Source of the DNA: an uncultured Gemmatimonadales bacterium
GTDB lineage: Bacteria; Gemmatimonadota; Gemmatimonadetes; Gemmatimonadales; Gemmatimonadaceae
Reading direction: 5' to 3'
Length of the DNA: 64,000 nt
NCBI GenBank assembly: GCA_963701965.1
Contig: OY969695.1
Coordinates: forward strand, 3,264,001 to 3,328,000
Both the position numbers and the translations under genes were made by a program. How positions within the stretch are numbered: the stretch's first letter is position 1; the number at the start of each line of letters is the position of its first letter. Below are positions 9,686 to 19,130 of the stretch, one piece after another. The notes under the pieces were generated by a model. It was given only the letters and a program-made list of their open reading frames with translations. It searched no databases and was not told the DNA's origin.

Positions 9686-10801
9686 ATGCGTTCATCGCAC
9701 CTTGCCATCCTCGGCGCTCTGATCGCGTCCCTCGCCGGTTGTGATTCCGGCGACCGCTCCGCCACCACCGGCCCGTCCGTCGACGTGTCGTCCAATACCG
9801 TGGCCAGCGCCGCGCGGACCGGCCAACCACTGTCCGGACTTACGTCGCCGGAGCTCGGCCAGTTTCAAGCCGGCGCCAGCGTCTTCAATCGCGTCTTCAC
9901 GCCGCAGGCCGGATTGGGCCCGCTGTTCAATGCGGCGAGTTGGACTCGGTGGGCGGACAAGTCTTTCAGGACCACGCGACGCCGCAGCTGACGGCGGCGA
10001 CCGGTCTCACGAAGGAACCGATTCCGAGCTACGCGATGATCGGTCACCGGTCCACGCCGCAGTTGTTCGGTCGCGGATTGTTGGAGGCGATCTCCGACGC
10101 GACGATCAAACAACTGGCGGCCGAGGAACGCCGCGACGATCCGCGGGCCGCGGGGCGCGTCGCGTTGTTTCCGGACGGCACGGTAGGACGGTTCGGTCGC
10201 AAGGACAACGCGCCGACGCTCGGGGATTTCAACACCGATGCCTTTCTCTATGAAATCGGGATCACCACGCCGACGGAAGACAGCGTCGACGGGGCGATCG
10301 GTCCGTTCCCGGTCCCACCGGGAGTGGATCTCGCCAAGGACCCGGAGCTCTCACTCAAGGACCTGAACGCGACCACCGCTTTCGTGCGGTATCTGGCGCC
10401 GCCGGCGACGAGCAAGGCGACCGCCGGGGCGAATAGCACTGGCGACGCGATGTTCCGACGCATCGGATGCGCCACGTGCCACGTGCCGTCGCTCACGACG
10501 GACGTCAACGCTGTCCCCGCGCTCAGCCGCCGTTCCGTCCGCGCCTACACGGACCTGCTGCTCCACGACATGGGTCCGGGACTCTCCGATATCTGCCTCG
10601 GGGTCGCCAAACCCAGTGAATTCCGCACCGAGCCGCTGATGGGACTCGCCGCGCGCACCACGTACCTGCACGACGGACGGGCGACGACCCTGCCGTCGGC
10701 GATCGCGGCGCACGGCGGTCAAGCGACCGGCGCGCCAGCGGTACTACGCGCTCACCGCGCAGCAGCGCGCGGTATTGATCCGGTACTTACAGTTGCTCTA
10801 G
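9686..10801 (+). pseudogene. Di-heme oxidoreductase (DHOR-like) lipoprotein, disrupted in this sequence
   Basis: Lipobox LAGC. 'GLGPLFNAAS' breaks at ~9942 where the first CxxCH is expected. The next frame carries 'GRFGRK', 'GCATCH', 'YTDLLLHDMG', 'FRTEPLMG', 'YLHDGRA'. A second shift at ~10735 restores 'QRYYALTAQQRAVLIRYLQLL*' (TAG 10799-10801). May be an assembly error. Confidence 0.8.
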
Positions 10802-10815
10802 GTCCCGTCGCATGC

Positions 10816-12243
10816 TCACGCATGCACGGCCGGTCGAATGTTCTGGTTGACGCGGAATAGATTCGCGGGATCGTAGCGGTTCTTGAGCTCGACGAGGCGT
10901 TGGTAATTGGTGCCGTAGGCCGCCGGAATGCGGTCCTCCTCTTCCTGCGTCAGAAAGTTGACGTAGGCGCCGCCGGTGGCGAATGGCGCCGCCGCGGTGT
11001 ACAGGGCGCGCGCCCAGGCGATGCACTCGGTGTCTTTGGCCGGGTCCTGCCACCGGCCGTGGACGTTGACCACGAACTCGGCGTCCCGGTGCGTGTACGC
11101 CGTCGCCTTGGCTGGTACGCGACCGACGGCGCCGCCCAACTCGGCGAACGCGATCTCGGTCTGGGGGTCGGGAATCAGCCGCGCGTACTGGAGCAGGACG
11201 TCGATGAGTCCGTCGCTCAGTTCGCGAAAATCGTGTGTCTTCCAATAGTTGCGCATCCCGGGAGCGAGGAGCGGGTCGAGGATGGTCTGCCACGCGGCAT
11301 ACGGCACCGGGGCGATGACGTCGGCCAACGGTTCGCCGAATGCCCGGAGTGGCGCGGCCGCGCGCTCGCCGTCGGCGATATTACCCGCATAGCACACGGC
11401 CAATACCAGAATGTGCCGCCCATGCCACTCGGTGGGCAGGAAGGGCAGGGGGGGCGCCTGGCGCATCACGAACCAGCAGACGAGCTCCTCGGGCGCCGCG
11501 GCGACGAAGTCGCGGTAAAAGCGCAGCACGTCGGGCGCGGCGTCGAGTGGATGCACGATGAGTCCCGCCAACACCTCGGGGCCGACGGGGTGCAGTCGGA
11601 AGTCGAACGCGGTGGCGACGCCGAAATTACCGCCGCCGCCCCGAATGCCCCAGAAAAGCTCGGGGCTCTCGGTCTCGCTTGCGCGCAGCAGCTCGCCATC
11701 GGCCGTGACGATGTCGGCCGACACGAGGTTATCGATGGTCAGGCCGTAGGGCCGGCTCAGCCAACCGAACCCGCCGCCGAGCGTGAGCCCGGCCACGCCG
11801 GTGGTGGAGTTGACCCCCAGCGGCGTGGCTAGGCCGTGCGCTTGGGCCTGCGCGTCGAACTCGCCAAGCGTGACGCCCGGCTCCACGCGGGCCAGCCGCC
11901 CGGCCGGATCAATACGCACCGCCTTCATGGGCGACAGATCGATCATGAATCCGCCATCGCAGACGGCATTGCCCGCGATGTTATGCCCGCCCCCGCGCAC
12001 CGCCACGAGCAGGTCCTGGTCGCGGGCGAAACGGACCGCGCGGACGACGTCGGTGAATGTCGTGCAACGGACGATCACCGCCGGCCGGCGGTCGATCATC
12101 GCGTTCCACACCGTGCGGGCCTCGTCGTAGCCCGGAGATGTCGCCGTCAGGACGCGACCGCGGAGACTGGCGGCCAGTCGGGCCACCGCATCGGTCGGGA
12201 CGTCCCGTTCGCTGCCGTACGATGTGCGGATGCTGATGCTCAT
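10816..12243 (-). CDS. FAD-binding oxidoreductase (PCMH-type FAD domain plus BBE C-terminal domain)
   Basis: 'VRGGGHN' covalent FAD motif, 'GLTLGGGFGWL', 'WGIRGGGGNFGV', 'YVNF', 'KNRYDPANLFRVNQNI'. Start placed at MSISIRT. Confidence 0.92.
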   Translation of the reverse strand: MSISIRTSYGSERDVPTDAVARLAASLRGRVLTATSPGYDEARTVWNAMIDRRPAVIVRCTTFTDVVRAVRFARDQDLLVAVRGGGHNIAGNAVCDGGFMIDLSPMKAVRIDPAGRLARVEPGVTLGEFDAQAQAHGLATPLGVNSTTGVAGLTLGGGFGWLSRPYGLTIDNLVSADIVTADGELLRASETESPELFWGIRGGGGNFGVATAFDFRLHPVGPEVLAGLIVHPLDAAPDVLRFYRDFVAAAPEELVCWFVMRQAPPLPFLPTEWHGRHILVLAVCYAGNIADGERAAAPLRAFGEPLADVIAPVPYAAWQTILDPLLAPGMRNYWKTHDFRELSDGLIDVLLQYARLIPDPQTEIAFAELGGAVGRVPAKATAYTHRDAEFVVNVHGRWQDPAKDTECIAWARALYTAAAPFATGGAYVNFLTQEEEDRIPAAYGTNYQRLVELKNRYDPANLFRVNQNIRPAVHA

Positions 12244-12367
12244 GCCGATCTCCGGTCGGGGTTTCGCAATGTGGCTCGCCCCTGTCGGTGGCATCATGGG
12301 CCCTTAGGCTTATACGCAATTCATTTTCGCTTGTCGGGCTCGGCTCACCGTCCCATACTGAGGCATC

Positions 12368-13579
12368 ATGCCCATCGACCGCCGCTCATTCATCACGAAC
12401 GCCGCGGCGTTTGCGGCGTTCGGCGCCCTCGGCGATCCGCCGGGGATGCAAAGGACGGGGGAGCCCGATCCGCTCGGCGTGCGCGCCGACTTCCCCATCG
12501 TCGCCGATCGGACGTACCTCAACTCGGCCTATATCGCGCCGATCCCGCGCCCTGTTGTCGAGGCCGGCACGGCGTTCCTGGAAGCCAAATCCCGCCGGCC
12601 GCTTCTGGTCGACGAGCTTCTGGCGACCGACGAGATGGTCCGGACGCAATTCGCGCGACTGGTGAACGCCACGCCCGACGCGGTCGGGCTTCTGTTCTCG
12701 ACGGCGGAGGGCGAGAACGTCGTGGCGCACGGCCTCGAGCTCGCGGCCGGCGACAACGTCGTGGTCGACGAGTTGCACTACCCCACGTCGTTTGTGCTGT
12801 ACCGCGCGCTGGAAGCGTCGCGAGGGATCGAGCTCCGCATCGTGAAGCATCGCGACGGCGCGGTCACCGCGAGCGACTTCGAGCCGTACGTGGACCGTCG
12901 GACGCGCATCGTGTCAGTGGCCTGGGTGTCGAACCAGAATGGCTTTCGCCACGACATGCGGCCCATCGCCGATCTGGCGCACGCCCACGGCGCCGTGTTC
13001 TACACGGACGCGATCCAGGCGGTCGGCATGTTTCCGATCGACGTGCAAGCGGCGGGCGTCGATGCGATGTGCTGCGGGTCCTACAAGTGGATGTTGGCGG
13101 GATTCGGGATCGCGCCGTTCTTCATTCGTCCCGAGCTCAACGAGCGCCTCCGCATCGACCGGTTCGGCGAATTCCAAATCGACCGGGAGTTACCGGAGCA
13201 TCACGATGATCTCATCAAGACGGCCAAGCGCTTCGATTATTCGAGCCGGGCGTTCGGCGCCGCCCATCAGTTGAGCGCGGGCCTGTCGTATCTGGAAAAA
13301 ACCGGCGTGGCGCGTATCGAGTCGCACACGGTGGCGTTGGCCCTCCGGCTCTCCGACGGTCTCGCCAAGCAAGGCCACCGGCTGTTTACGCCGCCGGGCA
13401 ACCGGTCGTCGATCGTGACGATGTACGTGGCCAAGCCGGCGGACGATGTTCGCTCGGCATTTCACGCCGGCCATGTCGACGTGACGGCGCGCAACGGCCA
13501 GGTGCGCATCTCCCCCGCGCTGTTCAACACCGCCGACGATGTCGATCGCTGCCTCGACGTCACCCGCCGGCTGGCGTAG
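12368..13579 (+). CDS. Tat-exported aminotransferase class V-fold PLP-dependent enzyme
   Basis: 'DRRSFI' twin-arginine signal; 'YLNSA', 'DAIQAVG', PLP lysine motif 'GSYKWML', 'VRISPALFNT'. Confidence 0.88.
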   Translation: MPIDRRSFITNAAAFAAFGALGDPPGMQRTGEPDPLGVRADFPIVADRTYLNSAYIAPIPRPVVEAGTAFLEAKSRRPLLVDELLATDEMVRTQFARLVNATPDAVGLLFSTAEGENVVAHGLELAAGDNVVVDELHYPTSFVLYRALEASRGIELRIVKHRDGAVTASDFEPYVDRRTRIVSVAWVSNQNGFRHDMRPIADLAHAHGAVFYTDAIQAVGMFPIDVQAAGVDAMCCGSYKWMLAGFGIAPFFIRPELNERLRIDRFGEFQIDRELPEHHDDLIKTAKRFDYSSRAFGAAHQLSAGLSYLEKTGVARIESHTVALALRLSDGLAKQGHRLFTPPGNRSSIVTMYVAKPADDVRSAFHAGHVDVTARNGQVRISPALFNTADDVDRCLDVTRRLA

Positions 13580-14044
13580 GTGGTGAAGACGAGCGCGGGC
13601 TTGTTGATGTTCCGGCTCCGGTCGGAAGCCGCTGACATGGAAGTGCTGCTCGTGCATCCCGGCGGGCCCTTTTGGGCCAAGAAGGACGTCGGGGCGTGGT
13701 TTATCCCAAAGGGGGAAGTGGAGGCCGGCGAAGACGAGTTGGCGGCCGCGCAGCGCGAGTTCGGCGAGGAGACGGGATTCGCGGTGGGTGGTCCCTTCAT
13801 CCCGCTCGGGCGCCTCGACGTCCGCCGCGACAAGATCGTGGTGGCGTGGGCGTTCGAGGGCGACGCCGATCCGTCGACGCTCGTCAGCAATACGTTCTCG
13901 ATGGAGTGGCCGCCCCGTTCCGGGCGGCGGCAGGAATTCCCGGAAGTGGACCGGGCGCGGTTCTTCCCCCTGGCGGAAGCGCGCGAGATGATCGGCCCCG
14001 GCGAGCGCGAATTTCTGACGCGGCTCGCGGAGACGCGCGCCTAA
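13580..14044 (+). CDS. NUDIX hydrolase (predicted NTP pyrophosphohydrolase)
   Basis: 'LLVHPGGPFWAKKD.GAW.IPKGE' and Nudix box 'AAQREFGEETG'. Confidence 0.9.
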   Translation: MVKTSAGLLMFRLRSEAADMEVLLVHPGGPFWAKKDVGAWFIPKGEVEAGEDELAAAQREFGEETGFAVGGPFIPLGRLDVRRDKIVVAWAFEGDADPSTLVSNTFSMEWPPRSGRRQEFPEVDRARFFPLAEAREMIGPGEREFLTRLAETRA

Positions 14045-14132
14045 CCTCTGTCCGCTTTGGGCGGTCGATTCCGTTTGAGAAAGGGAGAGGGAGTCACAGG
14101 GACTCCATTCAACACTCCCGAGGAATCGTCAC

Positions 14133-14531
14133 GTGGACGTCGCCCACTTTTCCCGTCACATTGGCCTGATCATTCAGATGGCGTTGGTTACGCCGCCCGC
14201 GGTCGCGTGGGGGCAGAGCGCTAGCCCGCCGGCGAGCGTCGTGCGCCTCGACATTACCAACGATGGCATGCTCGACGTCGATGTGTACGCCTACCGTCAG
14301 GGACAACGCCGCCATCTCGGCCTCGTCGTCGCGCATCAGACCGCGACGCTGACGCTGCCGCTCAGCTTCACCGAAGATGGCGAAGCCCAGCTCTACGTGC
14401 ACCGGATCGGCGAGCGGCCGGACAAGGACTTTCTCTCCAACGCCGCCCGCGTCCGGAGCTACGGTCACCCCGTGTTTCACATTGACGCGGACGTGCAGAT
14501 GTCGAGCCTCGCGGTTTTTCCCGAGTCATAA
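14133..14531 (+). CDS. Hypothetical secreted protein
   Basis: Signal-like N-terminus (AVAWGQ) followed by a beta-rich domain; start uncertain. Confidence 0.5.
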   Translation: MDVAHFSRHIGLIIQMALVTPPAVAWGQSASPPASVVRLDITNDGMLDVDVYAYRQGQRRHLGLVVAHQTATLTLPLSFTEDGEAQLYVHRIGERPDKDFLSNAARVRSYGHPVFHIDADVQMSSLAVFPES

Positions 14532-14640
14532 GGAGCATCACGAGGCGCTGGAAGCGGACCTCTACGCGTTGCTCGACCGGTCCAACATTGCCGAGGATGG
14601 CACGCTGGTGGTGCCCAGTGAGTACCTGGAGGTGGTCGAC
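14530..14640 (+). pseudogene. Remnant of a class I SAM-dependent methyltransferase C-terminus
   Basis: Reads 'ALEADLYALLDRSNIAEDGTLVVPSEYLEVV', resembling the terminal motif of UbiE-like methyltransferases. No SAM-binding domain upstream. Confidence 0.5.
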
Positions 14641-14663
14641 CAAGAGGCCCGGTTGATCCACTC

Positions 14664-14882
14664 CTAGGGGTTCGTGAGCGCGTCCTTGACCTTGCCCACC
14701 GTCTTCTTGGTCTGCCCCTTGGCCTTGTCCTCGGCGCCGTCGGCTTTGAGGGACGAGTCGCCCACGACGTCGCCAGCGGTCTGTTCGACCTTGCCCTTGG
14801 TTTCTTGGTTCTTGCCTTCGCGCGTCCAATTCCCGCATGCCGCGAGACTCAGCACGGTCATTGATATCATAAGTATTCGCAT
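14664..14882 (-). CDS. CsbD-like stress protein with lipoprotein signal
   Basis: Lipobox 'LAAC', then 'KGKVEQTAGDVVGDSSLKADGAEDKAKGQTKKTVGKVKD'. Confidence 0.75.
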   Translation of the reverse strand: MRILMISMTVLSLAACGNWTREGKNQETKGKVEQTAGDVVGDSSLKADGAEDKAKGQTKKTVGKVKDALTNP

Positions 14883-14925
14883 ACGGCGTCGTAACGCACG
14901 TGTCGTACCACGCCGCCGAGCGGCC

Positions 14926-15207
14926 TCAGCCCGCGACCTGGGTGCCGATGATGAATGTCAGCGCCAGCAACACACCGGCCGCGAGCGCATCGTCCTCACG
15001 GTACCAGGTGACCACGATGTATAGCGCCAACGTCGCGATCAGGAACGAGAGCGTGCCCAAGTCCGTCAATCCCGGCGAGTGGCTGCGGTTACCGATCAAA
15101 TGCAACGCACTGCCAATGCAGGCCGCCCCGGTGTACGCGAGACCCAAACGTTGAGGCGGGAGGCGACCCAAACGACGGAGCGGCGAATCATCGCTGGCGG
15201 GTGCCAT
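14926..15207 (-). CDS. Small hypothetical membrane protein (possibly truncated)
   Basis: Three hydrophobic segments; start uncertain. Confidence 0.35.
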   Translation of the reverse strand: MAPASDDSPLRRLGRLPPQRLGLAYTGAACIGSALHLIGNRSHSPGLTDLGTLSFLIATLALYIVVTWYREDDALAAGVLLALTFIIGTQVAG

Positions 15208-15323
15208 GTGCAATTGCCCGGAGTGACGGGGGGCGGGTCGGAGGCGGTCCAAGATACCCCTCATGAAGGCATTCGCCAGTGATCCCCGACTTGCGGGCGA
15301 GCGGAGGGCCACTACTCTCCGGC

Positions 15324-16241
15324 ATGCGCAGTGTCTGGGTGGTACTCGTCGCGGCGAGCGGGTTGGTGACCGGGGTGTGGTCCACGGCCGCCCCGATTCC
15401 CGAGCGGTTGCAGGAGCACCATGGTGCCGTGCTCCAAGGGCAGATCTACATTGCTGGCGGATTCGACTCGACGGATTCGCCGACCGCGGTCGCGTATCGG
15501 TACGATCCGCGGTCCAATGCGTGGAGTCGCATTGCCAATCTTCCGGAGGACCGCCACCACATGCCGCTGGTGGTGGTCAACGATACGCTCTACGCCATTG
15601 GCGGGTTGGAAGGGCAGAAGTTCGTGCCCAAGACGAACCTGTGGATCTATCGCCCTGAGCGGAACGTGTGGGAGGATCGCGCGGCGCTGCCCGCGCCGCG
15701 CGGCGCCTCGGCGGCCGGCGTCGTGTCCGGCAAGATCGTCGTCGTGGGAGGGTTCGGGGATGCCCGCCGGTTGCTCGACTCGATTGTCGTGTACGATCCC
15801 GGTACGAATCGGTGGACGACGCGCGCGCCGATCCCGACCGTCCGCGATCATCTGACCGCCGAAGTCGTCGACCGGATCGTGTTTGCGATCGGCGGTCGCC
15901 CGCTCGATCCGGGCAAGAACTTCGATGTCGTCGAGGCGTACGATTTGGCGACCGATCGCTGGACGACCAAAGCTCCGATGCCGAGCCGGCGCGGCGGGCT
16001 CGCGTCCGCGGTGCTGGGCGGGCAGATCCACACGTTCGGCGGGGAGCGGCGCGATGGCGTGTTCGCGAACCACGAGGTGTACGACCCCGCGCACAACACG
16101 TGGACCGTGGCCGAGCCATTGCCGACCGCGCGGCACGGATTCGCGGCGGTGACGCTCGGCGACCGCATTTACACGATCGGGGGCGGTCCCAAAGAAGGGT
16201 CGGCGCAGACCGCCGTCGTCGAGGTGTGGCGCCCCCAGTAG
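15324..16241 (+). CDS. Secreted Kelch-repeat beta-propeller protein
   Basis: Signal peptide plus six Kelch repeats (IYIAGG...YDP...W...P..R). Confidence 0.88.
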   Translation: MRSVWVVLVAASGLVTGVWSTAAPIPERLQEHHGAVLQGQIYIAGGFDSTDSPTAVAYRYDPRSNAWSRIANLPEDRHHMPLVVVNDTLYAIGGLEGQKFVPKTNLWIYRPERNVWEDRAALPAPRGASAAGVVSGKIVVVGGFGDARRLLDSIVVYDPGTNRWTTRAPIPTVRDHLTAEVVDRIVFAIGGRPLDPGKNFDVVEAYDLATDRWTTKAPMPSRRGGLASAVLGGQIHTFGGERRDGVFANHEVYDPAHNTWTVAEPLPTARHGFAAVTLGDRIYTIGGGPKEGSAQTAVVEVWRPQ

Positions 16242-16243
16242 CG

Positions 16244-17063
16244 CTAACGCGGTAGCGCGGACACGCGGGCCGCGAGGCGCGCGTCGCCCAAAGTGTCGGC
16301 CAATGCCGCGAACGCCGGTGTGGGCCCGCGCCACCGCAGCGAATCCACGTCGTCGAACAGCGGCGCGTCCGTTCGCAAGGTCGCCAGCCGTTTGAAGAGA
16401 AGCGCCAGGTCGCGCCGGTCGCCGAGCACTTCGGGCGGGAAGTCCTCGATCGCACCATGGCGCCCGATGAGGCGGGCGGCGGTCTTGGCGCCGTATCCCG
16501 GAATGCCCGGATAGCCATCGGCCGCATTGCCGACGAGCGCCAGGTAATCCGGAATACGTTCGGGATTCACGCCGAACTTGGCGTGCACTCCGGCGGCGTC
16601 GCGGATCTGGTTGCCCCGGCGATCCATTCTGCACCACGCGATCCCCGACGACGCACTGGGCCAGGTCCTTGTCCGGCGTCCAGATGCAGACTTTTTCGAC
16701 GCGGTCATCCCGCTCGGAGAGCCACGCGGCCGATGCCAGCGCGTCGTCGGCCTCGAGCTCGACCATTGGCCAGACCACGACACCCATTGCGGCCAGCGCC
16801 TCCTCCAACGGATGGAATTGGGCCCACAGTGCCGGTTCGATCCCCTCGCCCGTCTTGTAGTCCGCCCACAGCGCGTTCCGAAACGACTCGATTACGTGAT
16901 CCGTCGCCACGCCCACGTGCGTGGCGCCGCTCTCGATCATTTGGGCGACAGTGTTCAGCACGCCGGTGACGGCGCCACGCGGCGGGTCGAACTTTGCGAA
17001 GCGCCGGATGCCGTAAAAGTGGCGAAAGAGCTCGTACGTGCCGTCGATCAGGTGCACGATCAT
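16244..17063 (-). pseudogene. Stand-alone 5'-3' exonuclease/flap endonuclease, +1 frameshift at ~16629
   Basis: 'HLIDGTYELFR', 'SFRNALWADYK', 'EADDALAS', 'DKDLAQ'. The adjacent frame continues 'DYLALVGNAADGYPGIPGYGAKTA' (H3TH motif). One extra base in minus-strand GTG CAG a ATG GAT. Confidence 0.85.
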
Positions 17064-18517
17064 GAGTTCCCCATGGCTATCGCCAGACGCTGGACGCCGG
17101 CGCGGATCTGCGCGGCGTCCGTTCCAGCGTAGCCGAGGATGAGGCCCCCGCGCGAGGGCCTCCGCCGGAAGCAGGATGAGAGCGGCATGGCCGAAACGCC
17201 GAGGCGGCCGGCGTTCTGAGAGACCGCGGTATCGGACACGTCCGGGTGTAGCAGGCCCACGAGATGCATGCCCGCCTCCGCGCCGATGATTTCCAGGCGC
17301 GAGCCCAAGTCCGTGGCGATGGCATCGACCAAGGCTTTCCGCCGCTCCCGGTAGAGGGCGCGTGACCGGCGGATGTGTCGCGCGAAGTGTCCTTCGGTGA
17401 TGAAGTCGGCCAGGGCCGCCTGGTAGAGCGTCGGCGCGAAGATATCGACGGCGTCCCGCGTGGCGACGAAAGCCGGCACCAGATCCTTTGGGAGGATCAG
17501 ATAGCCGACGCGCAGCGACGGGAACATCACCTTGCTGAACGTGCCGAGGTAGATCACGCGGGCGTCCTGATCCATGCCGTGCAGTGCCGCGATCGGCTTG
17601 CTGTCGAACCGGTACTCACTGTCGTAGTCGTCCTCGATGATCCACGCGCCCGCCGCGGACGCCCACGACAGGAGCTCCATGCGCCGCCCCACGCTCATGG
17701 TGACGCCGAGCGGGTATTGATGCGATGGCGTGACGTACGCTGCCCGTGCGTGGGGACACCGGCGGACGCCCGTGAAGACCCGCATCCCTTCGTCGTCGAC
17801 CGGGATGCGGACCATGCGGGCGCCCGCCAAGAGCAGCGCGCGTTGCGCGCCTGGATATCCCGGCTCTTCGATCCAGACCGCGTCCGTCCGATCGAGCAGT
17901 GTCCTCGTCACGAGGGACAGACCGTGCTGGGATCCCGCCACGATCATGATCTGCGACGCGTCGCACCGGATGCCCCTGGTGGCGCCGACATACTCGGCGA
18001 TCGCCTCGCGGAGCGGCGGGATGCCCATGGCATCCCCGTACATCATGAGATGCCGGGGTGCGGCGCGCGCGTGTCGGGCGACGAGCGTGCCCCAGGTCCC
18101 CGTGGGGAAATGGTCGAGCGCCGGCAGACTGACGCGGAACGCCCCCGCGTTGCGCAACCACGTGTCGGGCGGGAGCTCGAGCAACGCCTTGGCGCCGCGG
18201 GCGATTCGGAGCGGCCGTTCCCGTGCGGCGGGCACCTGCGAGAGGTCGGGAATTCGTCGGGCGACGCGCGTGGCCGATCCGACGAAGGCCTCCAGATAGC
18301 CTTCGGCGCACAGCTGTTCGTACGCCTTGAGCACCGGAATGCGCGAGAGACCTAACTCTGATGCCAGAGTCCGGGTCGACGGGATGCGGCGTCCCGGTTG
18401 GAGCCGGCCGCTGGCGATGGCATCGCGAAAGTAGTGATACAGTTGCCGGTAGAGCGGGACATTGGACGCCGGGTCGACGCTCGTGGGTGGTACGTAGTAG
18501 GCCCGCGCGGCGCGCAT
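17060..18517 (-). CDS. MocR/GabR family transcriptional regulator (GntR HTH plus PLP aminotransferase-like domain)
   Basis: 'PLYRQLY...IPSTRTLASELGLSR', 'YVTPSHQYPLG', 'IIEDDYDSEYR', 'GTFSK'. Confidence 0.92.
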   Translation of the reverse strand: MRAARAYYVPPTSVDPASNVPLYRQLYHYFRDAIASGRLQPGRRIPSTRTLASELGLSRIPVLKAYEQLCAEGYLEAFVGSATRVARRIPDLSQVPAARERPLRIARGAKALLELPPDTWLRNAGAFRVSLPALDHFPTGTWGTLVARHARAAPRHLMMYGDAMGIPPLREAIAEYVGATRGIRCDASQIMIVAGSQHGLSLVTRTLLDRTDAVWIEEPGYPGAQRALLLAGARMVRIPVDDEGMRVFTGVRRCPHARAAYVTPSHQYPLGVTMSVGRRMELLSWASAAGAWIIEDDYDSEYRFDSKPIAALHGMDQDARVIYLGTFSKVMFPSLRVGYLILPKDLVPAFVATRDAVDIFAPTLYQAALADFITEGHFARHIRRSRALYRERRKALVDAIATDLGSRLEIIGAEAGMHLVGLLHPDVSDTAVSQNAGRLGVSAMPLSSCFRRRPSRGGLILGYAGTDAAQIRAGVQRLAIAMGNS

Positions 18518-18566
18518 AAGTGGTAATATAAAATCCGGGAAAAGTGGCGATTGCAAGCATCCACTT
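18518..18566. promoter_or_regulatory. Putative MocR-family operator in a divergent promoter
   Basis: AAGTGG (18518), AAGTGG (18542) and inverted CCACTT (18561): two direct repeats plus one inverted copy, a layout typical of MocR-type sites. Confidence 0.55.
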
Positions 18567-18587
18567 GCCGATATATTGCTTTGCCAC

Positions 18588-19130
18588 ATGACCTCTCCCG
18601 CCCGCCTGCTGCTGTCGAGTCTTTTCGTGCTGTGGGGGGCCACAGCCCTCGCCCAGGACGGATCTCACGATTTCGACTTCGAGATCGGCACGTGGAAGAC
18701 CCACCTGTCGCGCCGGCTTCATCCCCTCACCGGCTCTTCCACGTGGGTCCAATACGACGGCACCACGGTCGTGCGAAAGGTGTGGAACGGCGGCGCCAAT
18801 CTCGTGGAGCTCGAAGTCACCGGCCCGGCGGGTCATATCGAGGCCCTTTCCCTCCGCCTCTACGATCCGGCCGCGCACCAGTGGAGTCTCAACTTCTCCA
18901 ACAGTGCCTCGGGCACGCTCAGCCAACCGACCATCGGCGGATTCAAGAACGGGCGCGGCGAGTTCTACGATCAGGAGATGCTGAACGGTCGGGCGATCTT
19001 CGTCCGATTCGTCATCTCGGACGTCACACCCAACTCGTGCCACTTCGAGCAGGCTTTTTCCGACGACGGCGGCAAGACGTGGGAGGTCAACTGGGTGGCC
19101 ACGGATACCCGGGTGCCCGGCCAGCCGTAG
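18588..19130 (+). CDS. Secreted DUF1579-like beta-barrel protein
   Basis: Signal peptide; 'HDFDFEIGTW', 'LRLYDP...QW', 'EQAFSDDGGKTWEVNW'; divergent from the MocR regulator. Confidence 0.75.
   Translation: MTSPARLLLSSLFVLWGATALAQDGSHDFDFEIGTWKTHLSRRLHPLTGSSTWVQYDGTTVVRKVWNGGANLVELEVTGPAGHIEALSLRLYDPAAHQWSLNFSNSASGTLSQPTIGGFKNGRGEFYDQEMLNGRAIFVRFVISDVTPNSCHFEQAFSDDGGKTWEVNWVATDTRVPGQP

Noticed and set aside
15312..17063. 583-aa nuclease fusion ORF
   Set aside because: An artefact of the frameshift at ~16629 reading on antisense through the Kelch gene.
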